Shown: positions 1-6,849 of the stretch, piece by piece
Numbering within the stretch: position 1 is the stretch's first letter
How the letters are laid out: every line of letters begins with the position of its first letter
NCBI GenBank assembly: GCA_043750125.1
Contig: JAYVCD010000253.1
Coordinates: forward strand, 1 to 11,280
Origin: Archangiaceae bacterium
Lineage (GTDB): Bacteria > Myxococcota > Myxococcia > Myxococcales > Myxococcaceae
Length of the DNA: 11,280 nt
Reading direction: 5' to 3'
Notes under the pieces: generated by a model
Database searches by the model: none
Seen by the model: only the letters and a program-made list of their open reading frames with translations
What the model was told of the DNA's origin: nothing
Program-made: the position numbers and the translations under genes

Positions 1-1250
1 GCGGCCACGCGGGGCGGCGAAAAGCCGTAGTCGAACCGAAAATTGCCGGTCGCTGCCGCCTGAAAGACTGCCCCACCACCTTGGGGAATTTCTCCTGCAC
101 CAATCAGCGCGGCCGCAGTGGGAATCGCGAGCCCACGGTTGCGGTAATTCGAGGCCGGCGACCCGGGCCATTGGTTCTGGGTATAGGCAAGCCACCCGGA
201 CGCCGTCAGGTCGTAGCGAGACACGTTGGGCTTGTTGTCGACGAAGAAGACCGACGGGCCCGTCGCCACCAGGCCGTCGGGAAACAGCACATCGTCGCTG
301 GTCTGCGCAGCCGAACAGAGGGGATTGGTTGAAGGGCGCAGTGCGATCAGCTCATTGGTCTTGTTTGCGTAGAACGCGGCCCCGAGGGGGATGGTCGTGG
401 GGGAAGCCTGGAGATCGGCGTCTTTGGAAAGCACGCATTGGGCGACCAGGGTACCCGTCGGGTCCAAGGCTGAGACCAGGCCGTTGGTCGCCAGTGAACC
501 GACGAACACCCGCTGCGGCCCCAAACCGGGCGCAGACACCATCGCCGAAGCATCAATTCTTCCCAGGGGCTTGTTCCACCGCTCCTGGCCTCCTGCAGAA
601 ATCGCAAACAACGTCCCTGTGCGCGAGGACGAGCCGCCGGAAGTCCCGACGTAAACAGTGCCGTCCGCACCGATCGCCGGGGTGGCGCGGATCGGCTGAC
701 CCAGCGGGCGACGCCAAGACAGTCGGGTGACATTCAGCGAATCGGACGCCGTGAGCACCTTCCCCTCGGGATCGACACCCGAGGCCTGAAGCGAGAACGC
801 GCCCCGAATGCCGTTCAGCGTCGGCTTCGACAGGTCGGCCGCGAAGCAGTAGCACTGGCCAAAGCAGGGCTCGACGCACGACGCCGCGCTCGCCGACACG
901 GCGTCGAGTCCTTCTACTTTCAGCGACGGGCTGGTCAGCGGGCGCGAGGCCTCGAGCCAGATGAAAAGCGACTCGCTGCGCAGCCACGCCGCAGGTGAAT
1001 CCTCGTACAGCGTTCCACCCACGGACGGCCGGGCCGCCAACCCAGGGACCCGGATGACCAGCGCGGATGAGGTGCCTCCTCCTGCTCCTCCTGCTCCGCC
1101 ACCGCTCCCGCCAGGGTCCACGATGCAGACCCCCGTCCCCGGATCGCACGCTCCACCCGGGCCGCAGTCCTTGTTCGCTTTGCAGAGTGTCACCCCGCAG
1201 GTGCAGCTTGAAAAAATGACCGCACTCAAAGCAAGCCATCGAACAGTCAA
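1..1250 (-). CDS. Putative lipoprotein with Cys-rich N-terminal motif, Gly linker and PQQ/BamB-like beta-propeller repeats (3' end runs beyond the window)
   Basis: Manual translation, not in the ORF track because no stop lies inside the window. TTG at 1250-1248 overlaps the upstream TGA and opens a stop-free frame to position 1: MTVRWLALSAVIFSSCTCGVTLCKANKDCGPGGACDPGTGVCIVDPGGSGGGAGGAGGG... It has a short signal peptide ending in Cys, then propeller-like segments WRRPLGQPIRATPAIGADGTVYVG, GTLFAISAGGQERWNKPLG, RVFVGS and GLVSALDPTGTLV. Confidence 0.8.
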   Translation of the reverse strand, partial: MTVRWLALSAVIFSSCTCGVTLCKANKDCGPGGACDPGTGVCIVDPGGSGGGAGGAGGGTSSALVIRVPGLAARPSVGGTLYEDSPAAWLRSESLFIWLEASRPLTSPSLKVEGLDAVSASAASCVEPCFGQCYCFAADLSKPTLNGIRGAFSLQASGVDPEGKVLTASDSLNVTRLSWRRPLGQPIRATPAIGADGTVYVGTSGGSSSRTGTLFAISAGGQERWNKPLGRIDASAMVSAPGLGPQRVFVGSLATNGLVSALDPTGTLVAQCVLSKDADLQASPTTIPLGAAFYANKTNELIALRPSTNPLCSAAQTSDDVLFPDGLVATGPSVFFVDNKPNVSRYDLTASGWLAYTQNQWPGSPASNYRNRGLAIPTAAALIGAGEIPQGGGAVFQAAATGNFRFDYGFSPPRVA

Positions 1251-2116
1251 GGCCACCGTCCCTGGAAGCCCGTTCGACTCGCGGGTCTGAGCATCGAGAC
1301 CGCCACCGCATCACCGCGCGGCCAGAAGGCCACCGCTGCACCGAGGAGCGCCACCACGGCGCCCACAGGAATCAACACCGTCGCCACCTGGCCTTCGCGC
1401 GCGACGCCGAGGGCGCGGTTGGCCTGGGACTGAGGCACCGCGCCGTGTGGATCCAGTGTGAGCTGCGAGCGCCCACCGACAGCCAGGCCCGCGACGATGG
1501 CTCCGGCGCCCAAGGTGACGGCCCCGGTTCCCAACAGCGCGAGGCCGGCGGGGCGACGCGAAGAGACGATGACCGCTGGCGGCGGCACAACCTCGGCCCG
1601 CGCGAGAGGCACGATCGGGGCAACTGGCTCGACCGCCAACGTGGCGCTCAACGCTTTCAATTCGAGCCGGTCGAGCAGTCGGGCGAGCAATTGCCGGGCG
1701 GTCTCAGTGAGCTCGCCCTTTTCACCGAGCGGCGCGCCGAGCTCGACCTGGCGCATCACCGCGCCGTCCGACCTGATTACCCGGGCATTGAGGAGCAACT
1801 GCGCGCCCAGGGGGTCAGGTCGCAGCCGGGCGTAAACGGCGTACAGCGACTCGGTCTCTTTGGCGAGAAAGCGCAGACAGGCATCGCGCGTCTCGCAGTC
1901 TTTGCCCGCGGGCTTCCGCAACGCCTCTTCGACCAGCGTGCTGCCCGCCAGACGAATTGAAGGGACTTTCGCCAACAGGACATCGAACTGCGCCTGAACC
2001 AACTCTTGTTGCGCTGCGGTCATCTCGCGCAGCTCGAGCGGGTGCACGGCGAACCGCGCACCCTGGGCTGAGCTGGCAGCGGACACGAGCGCCACCAGAA
2101 GAGCGACTGTCCTCAC
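1247..2116 (-). CDS. Exported hypothetical protein (signal peptide, C-x4-C N-terminal domain, Pro linker, two C-terminal Gly/Ala-rich hydrophobic segments)
   Basis: Lies within ORF 1247..2164. The likely start is GTG at 2116, overlapping the kinase TGA (GTGA), giving MRTVALLVALVSAASSAQGA as a signal peptide. It contains CETRDAC and the hydrophobic segments GLALLGTGAVTLGAGAIVAGLAVG and VATVLIPVGAVVALLGAAVAFWP. Confidence 0.75.
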   Translation of the reverse strand: MRTVALLVALVSAASSAQGARFAVHPLELREMTAAQQELVQAQFDVLLAKVPSIRLAGSTLVEEALRKPAGKDCETRDACLRFLAKETESLYAVYARLRPDPLGAQLLLNARVIRSDGAVMRQVELGAPLGEKGELTETARQLLARLLDRLELKALSATLAVEPVAPIVPLARAEVVPPPAVIVSSRRPAGLALLGTGAVTLGAGAIVAGLAVGGRSQLTLDPHGAVPQSQANRALGVAREGQVATVLIPVGAVVALLGAAVAFWPRGDAVAVSMLRPASRTGFQGRWP

Positions 2117-3603
2117 CTGAGCGCCTTTCTCCAACCGACCAGCTGAGCTTCGACTTGTTGGCACTGCCTGCCCTGGGCATTTTTCAACGAAGCAGCCAGG
2201 TTTCGTGCCTTGAGCTTCACCTTCGCCACGTCTGAAGGGCGGGCGTCATCCTTCATTCGCGAAAGCGACAGCTTCTCGAGGTCTTCGACCTGTTCCCGCG
2301 TGGCGCGCTTCCAGCTCGCATTCGACTCGCAAAAGGAACTGGCCACCGGTGCCGGCGGGCGCCCTGCCCCGGAAGGCAACAGTGTCACCGCGGTTGGACG
2401 AGGCACCGGCGCGATCGGCGGATTCCACACCGGAGCCGCACGCTCAGGCGCGGGCTCAGTCGCAGGAACGGGCGGCGGTACCGGATGAAAGGGCTCAATC
2501 GTCGCGACCGTGGCCTGGGCAACAACTGGGTGGGTCGCGCCAACGAAAAAGAGCAGACCCACCGCCGCGAACGCTGCGAAAAACGCTGCCCCGGCCAGCA
2601 CCTGCGATTTCCGGGATCTGGCCGGGCCCGAGCCCAGCGCGCCCATCAGCGAGGGGTCGGAAATGCGACTGTTGCTGAGGAACCCTTTGAGTTGAGCCAC
2701 GGTTCGGCCCGCTTCCTTCGCGCCCAGCGGGCGTTCGGCAGGGTCTTTCTTCAGCAACTTCATCACGAAGTCACACACCGCCCCGGGGATCCCCGGACCC
2801 ACCGCGCTCAGGGGGGGCGGAGTCACCAGGCGATGCTGTTGCATTAATTCCCAGGGCGAGGTGGCGGTGAATGGCAGCCGGCCCGACAGCATCTCGTAGA
2901 GGATGACGCCCAGGCAGTAGAGGTCGCCTTGCGCGCCCACCTGCTCTCCCGAGGCCTGCTCGGGGCTGATGTATTCGGGCGTTCCCGCAAGCAGGCTCGA
3001 CTTCTCGAGCGACAGCATGTGCAACGACTCGCGCGTCGTCGGTTCCGGCGCAGTATCGAGATGTCGTGCGAGGCCAAAATCGAGCACCTTGACGATCAGC
3101 TCTCCGCTCGACTGCTTCATCAGCACGATGTTGGCGGGCTTCAAATCGCGATGGACGACGCCTTCCTGGTGCGCGGCCGAAAGCGCGGAAAGAATTTCTT
3201 CGCAGATCTGCAGCGCGTCACACGGTTGCAGGGGAGCGTCACGCGCGATGACCTGCGCCAGCGTGTCGCCCTCGAGGAACTCCATCATCATGTATTGAGC
3301 CCCGTCGGGCAGGGCCCCGAAGTCGAGGATCTCGACCACGTTGCGATGCTTGACCGCGCTGACCGCCCGCGCCTCACGAAGGAAGCGGGCGCTGAGGTCG
3401 GCGTTGTTGCAGAACTCAGGGCGGATCACCTTTACCGCCGCGCGCTTGCCGATCAGAGGGTGCCGCGCTTCGTAGACCACTCCCATCCCCCCCACCGAGA
3501 TGGGGGCGGTAATCACAAACCCGTTGAGCCGCGTGCCCACCAGCGAGTCTTTCGACCCGGCCGGGGTCGCTAACGGCAAGGTCATTGGAAGGGTCTGGGC
3601 CAT
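2113..3603 (-). CDS. Membrane-anchored Hanks-type serine/threonine protein kinase
   Basis: Motifs SVGGMGVVY, AAVKVI, REARAV, HRDLKPAN, DFG, GTPEYISPE and DLYCLG. A TM helix VLAGAAFFAAFAAVGLLFFVG is followed by a Pro-rich linker and a small two-Cys helical C-terminal domain. Start taken as ATG 3603 (alternative ATG 3585; the ORF track extends to 3669). Confidence 0.95.
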   Translation of the reverse strand: MAQTLPMTLPLATPAGSKDSLVGTRLNGFVITAPISVGGMGVVYEARHPLIGKRAAVKVIRPEFCNNADLSARFLREARAVSAVKHRNVVEILDFGALPDGAQYMMMEFLEGDTLAQVIARDAPLQPCDALQICEEILSALSAAHQEGVVHRDLKPANIVLMKQSSGELIVKVLDFGLARHLDTAPEPTTRESLHMLSLEKSSLLAGTPEYISPEQASGEQVGAQGDLYCLGVILYEMLSGRLPFTATSPWELMQQHRLVTPPPLSAVGPGIPGAVCDFVMKLLKKDPAERPLGAKEAGRTVAQLKGFLSNSRISDPSLMGALGSGPARSRKSQVLAGAAFFAAFAAVGLLFFVGATHPVVAQATVATIEPFHPVPPPVPATEPAPERAAPVWNPPIAPVPRPTAVTLLPSGAGRPPAPVASSFCESNASWKRATREQVEDLEKLSLSRMKDDARPSDVAKVKLKARNLAASLKNAQGRQCQQVEAQLVGWRKALR

Positions 3604-3742
3604 GGCGTGCGGAAGGGGCTGTGCAAGTAGCGCGCGCAAGCCCCACCCCTCAAGGGCGTGGGCGCCCACTGTGACAATTGGCCACGCACCGAGGCATTCT
3701 GTCGCCCCGTTTGAGTTTCTTTCGCCCCCAGGACCTTGGTTG

Positions 3743-3778
3743 CGCAGAGTGTGCGATGCCTCTTCCGCAGAATGTGCG
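3743..3778. promoter_or_regulatory. Pair of near-identical dyad sites CGCAGARTGTGCG; candidate transcription factor binding sites
   Basis: cgcagagtgtgcg (3743-3755) and cgcagaatgtgcg (3766-3778) are 12/13 identical, each CGCA-N5-TGCG, and lie in the divergent intergenic region. Confidence 0.45.
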
Positions 3779-3815
3779 CTGACGCCGCACGCGAGTTGCG
3801 ATATCCGGCGTCCCC

Positions 3816-4301
3816 ATGATTCTAAAGCCCATCGTTGTCGCGGCCGCTGTCCTTTCTCTCGTGCTCGCCAGTTCCTGCGACAAGGCAGCAGACGAGCAGA
3901 AGAAAGCCAATACTGCGCAGGCCAAAGCGAACGAGAAGATCGCCGAGGTTTCCCGCGAGGCCGAGCAAAAGATCAAAGACGCCCAGGCCGAAGCAGACAA
4001 GAAGATCGCCGAAGCGCAGGCGTCTTTCATGAAGCTGCGTGAGGACTACCGTCACTCGACCACCACCGCGATGGCCGACCTGGACAAGAAGGTCAGCGGG
4101 CTCGACGCGAAGGTTGCCAAGTCGAAGGCGAAGGCGAAGACCACCCTCGCCGCGAAGGTCAAGCAGCTGAAGGCCAAGCGCGATGAGTTCGTGGCGGACT
4201 ACAAGTCGATCGAGACCGCGTCCGCGGCGACGTGGGACGAGACGAAGGCCCGCCTGGACAAGGAATGGTCGGAACTGAAAGCGATGGCCGACCACATCTG
4301 A
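3816..4301 (+). CDS. Lys/Ala-rich coiled-coil lipoprotein; C-terminus resembles Sll1863-type stress proteins
   Basis: Signal peptide MILKPIVVAAAVLSLVLASS-C, heptad-like A/K/E repeats (KANEKIAEV, EAEQKIKDAQA, EADKKIAEAQA), C-terminal ASAATWDETKARLDKEWSELK, and strong GC3 codon bias. The family resemblance is from recall. Confidence 0.8.
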   Translation: MILKPIVVAAAVLSLVLASSCDKAADEQKKANTAQAKANEKIAEVSREAEQKIKDAQAEADKKIAEAQASFMKLREDYRHSTTTAMADLDKKVSGLDAKVAKSKAKAKTTLAAKVKQLKAKRDEFVADYKSIETASAATWDETKARLDKEWSELKAMADHI

Positions 4302-4317
4302 GTCGTTCCTTCGGGCC

Positions 4318-4869
4318 ATGCGCGGTTCGATTTTGGCGTGCATCGCGCTGCTGGGCGGGGTGACGGCAGGCTGTCAGGATGATCTGAAGGCTTCCGTCGC
4401 CAGCTGGAACACAGCAGCCGCCCAGTGGCAGGGAAAGGTCGACGGCCTGAAAGCGGACGACCTCGAGCAGACTCAAAAGCTCAACGGGCTTTGTTCCACC
4501 GAGGGGCTGGCGCCCAACAACCTCGCGTCGAAGACCTGTGCCGGTCTGGACGTCACTGCCCAGCGGTCGCGGGCGGACCTTCAGAGCCTGCAATCGGCGA
4601 TGGCCCGCAACCGCACCCGGGTGGACCTGGCGATCGCACGCGGAAAGCGCACCGAGGTCGCCGAGGCGGTGGACCTGGCGACGACCGAGCTGACCGCTCT
4701 GGTGGACCGGGTCAATGGCGACATCAAGCGGCGCCATGAAGCGTGCCTCACCCTTCAGACGGCGATCACCGAAGAGTTCGAAGCGGCGAAGAAGGCGGCG
4801 CTGGAAGCTCAGGCCAAAGCGGTGGTGTGGAGGCAGGCGGCCAAGCGCGCTGAGCTCGTCTGGCCTTGA
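4318..4869 (+). CDS. Hypothetical helical lipoprotein
   Basis: Signal peptide with lipobox-like TAG-C (MRGSILACIALLGGVTAGC), 16 bp downstream of the previous gene, Ala/Leu-rich helical sequence. Confidence 0.7.
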   Translation: MRGSILACIALLGGVTAGCQDDLKASVASWNTAAAQWQGKVDGLKADDLEQTQKLNGLCSTEGLAPNNLASKTCAGLDVTAQRSRADLQSLQSAMARNRTRVDLAIARGKRTEVAEAVDLATTELTALVDRVNGDIKRRHEACLTLQTAITEEFEAAKKAALEAQAKAVVWRQAAKRAELVWP

Positions 4870-4870
4870 G

Positions 4871-6223
4871 TCAGGCGAGTCCCACGATCGTTTGCCAACG
4901 CGGAAGCGATCGCAGCGGCGCGAGGTCAGGGTCTTCGAGCAGCTGCTTGCGGTCTTCGAGCCCTGCGCCAATGGCCCGAGCCAGGGTCTCGAGCGCCTCG
5001 TCCAGCTGACCCAGTTTCGTCTGGGCGCACGCCGCATTGACGAGGTGAACGGGAGCCTTCAATGCGCTGAACGCCGTCAATGAGATCTGCAGCGCCGGTT
5101 CCCAGGCCCCGGCATCGAACAACTTCGCGGCGATCAGTTGGGCCAGGCGCTGCTGCTTCGGGTCTGACTTTGCGAGCAGGTCGCAGGCATCGGTGACCCC
5201 CTGCTCGTACCTCTTCAAAGCGATCAACGCGTCGACGCGAAGGGCCAGCTCGACCGGGACGATCGGCAAGGGTGTCAGCAGAGTGACCACTTCCTCGTGG
5301 CGCCCCAGGTGAGCGGCCAGCGTCGCTGCGAGGTGGCGTGACGGCTTGAAGCCCCCCATCTTTCCAATCGCCCCGTCGACGCCGCGCCAGTCTTCTCGCA
5401 GCAGCCGGCTCCACGCGACGACCTCGTACAGCCTGGCCCGCTCGGAAAGATCAGAGCTGCTCGTCGCCTGGGTGACCGCCAGGTGTTCGGCGTCCTCGAA
5501 CCGCTGGGCCTGCATCAGGGCCCACACCTGGTTGAGGCTCTGCTCGTCCGGCTTCTTCGAGGCCAGCCTCGAGTAGCCCTGCCAAACGCCCAGGCCGCCA
5601 AAGTAGATCAGCATCAAAAATTCCCGATTCAAGACGGCAAAGGCGATCACCGCAGCCCCCACCGCCACGCTCGAGATCGCCGCGACCTTCGGCACCGGCC
5701 TCTTCCAGAACACTTCCACCGCCGAGTCGACGATCAGCCCCCCGTCCCACGGGAGCACCGGCAACAGGTTGACCAACGACCAGGCCAGGTTCACCCAGAT
5801 CGCCTGCCGAATGGCGTAATGGACCAGGGGCGACGAGGTGGGGCCCAGGCTCAGGTTGAGCAAGACAACCATTCCGCCCAGCACCAGGCCCGCGCCGGGG
5901 CCACAGGCGGTGACGATCAGCCGCTGGCGGGGAGTGGGCGCTTTTTCCCGGGACCAGGCCGTCAGCCCACCCATCGCGTGCAGCTCGATGCTGGGCGAGA
6001 AGCCGAACGCGCGCATCGCAGCCGCGTGCCCCAGCTCGTGAACGAGAACCGAGACCAGCAGAATTGCGACCCAGATCGCCACGCTGGACGCGGTGCCCCC
6101 GCTGGCGCCGAAGACGACGGCCAGCAGCACGAAGGCGGGCCGAATCAAGACGGGAATTCCAGCCAGCGAGAATGCAATTCCCTGCCACGCGGTGGCACGA
6201 ACAGGCGCAGGAGTCGGGGTCAA
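4871..6223 (-). CDS. Site-2 protease (peptidase M50) with C-terminal TPR domain
   Basis: HELGH zinc motif within a TM segment, ACGP motif, NLLPVLPWDGG carrying the third zinc ligand Asp, several TM helices, and C-terminal TPR-like NAACAQTKLGQLDEALETLARAI...DPDLAPLR. The TTG start overlaps the yaeQ stop. Confidence 0.92.
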   Translation of the reverse strand: MTPTPAPVRATAWQGIAFSLAGIPVLIRPAFVLLAVVFGASGGTASSVAIWVAILLVSVLVHELGHAAAMRAFGFSPSIELHAMGGLTAWSREKAPTPRQRLIVTACGPGAGLVLGGMVVLLNLSLGPTSSPLVHYAIRQAIWVNLAWSLVNLLPVLPWDGGLIVDSAVEVFWKRPVPKVAAISSVAVGAAVIAFAVLNREFLMLIYFGGLGVWQGYSRLASKKPDEQSLNQVWALMQAQRFEDAEHLAVTQATSSSDLSERARLYEVVAWSRLLREDWRGVDGAIGKMGGFKPSRHLAATLAAHLGRHEEVVTLLTPLPIVPVELALRVDALIALKRYEQGVTDACDLLAKSDPKQQRLAQLIAAKLFDAGAWEPALQISLTAFSALKAPVHLVNAACAQTKLGQLDEALETLARAIGAGLEDRKQLLEDPDLAPLRSLPRWQTIVGLA

Positions 6224-6768
6224 AGGTGTCCTCGGGTGATCGGCCCATCAAAAGAGTCGCCGTCGCGGTCGATGTAGATGTGATCGCCGACCCAGGTGAG
6301 GGTCAGCCTGGCCCGGCGATCGTCATGGCGCGCGAGCTGGGCCAGCAATTCGGGGTCGATCGCGGCGAGCTCGGCCTTGGCCACCCGGGCGAGCTTTTCC
6401 TCTCGAGCCTCGGAGAGAAACGCCTCGAGCCGGGACGGGTCGTCGACCAGCACCGACACCTGCGCACCTGGATGTTGATCTACGGCACGCTGCACTTTGG
6501 CCGCCTGGGGTTTTCCAACCCGTATCCAACGGGTCAATTGGCCGGTGTAGTCCCGCACCTCGAGATCAGGCGCATCAGGCTCGCTCAGCCCCGGGCCGAA
6601 TGCGATTCGCTCTTCCCACTGCCAACAATACGCGACGGCCCGAAGCCAAAGCCGCTCGAGGGTCTCGGACGGGTGCCGCGCGGCCTTGAAGACCAGGGCC
6701 TGCTCGAGGCCCCGATCGACGTGGTTGAGGGTGATTTCGAAGTGGTGAAGGGTCGCGGGGAGCGCCAT
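6220..6768 (-). CDS. yaeQ: YaeQ family protein
   Basis: C-terminal 182 aa of ORF 6220..7764, starting at ATG 6768: MALPATLHHFEITLNHVDRG...ARHPSETLERLWLR...FGPGLSEPDAPDL...WIRVGKP. These are the characteristic YaeQ motifs (MAL.AT, HPSET.ER, GLS...PDL). Confidence 0.9.
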   Translation of the reverse strand: MALPATLHHFEITLNHVDRGLEQALVFKAARHPSETLERLWLRAVAYCWQWEERIAFGPGLSEPDAPDLEVRDYTGQLTRWIRVGKPQAAKVQRAVDQHPGAQVSVLVDDPSRLEAFLSEAREEKLARVAKAELAAIDPELLAQLARHDDRRARLTLTWVGDHIYIDRDGDSFDGPITRGHL

Positions 6769-6849
6769 GGGGACCTGGGGAGCGTACTTCGACTTCAACC
6801 GTTCGATCTCGACGCTCGGCGCAAGCACGCCTACTGTGCCGCCGCCCGA

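Noticed and set aside
1075..1100. Short cctcctgct tandem repeat
   Set aside because: Explained by the GGAGGAGGG linker codons of the lipoprotein. It is not an independent repeat element.
81..1341. ORF-track calls in the first 1.3 kb (e.g. 553..1341 -, 329..730 +, 961..1290 +)
   Set aside because: Arg/Pro-rich translations with no motifs. The real gene is the uncalled minus-strand frame starting at 1250.
2929..4343. Antisense or alternative-frame ORFs over the kinase and first lipoprotein (2929..3573, 3500..4042, 3822..4343)
   Set aside because: Shadow ORFs of well-supported genes, with no independent motifs or RBS.
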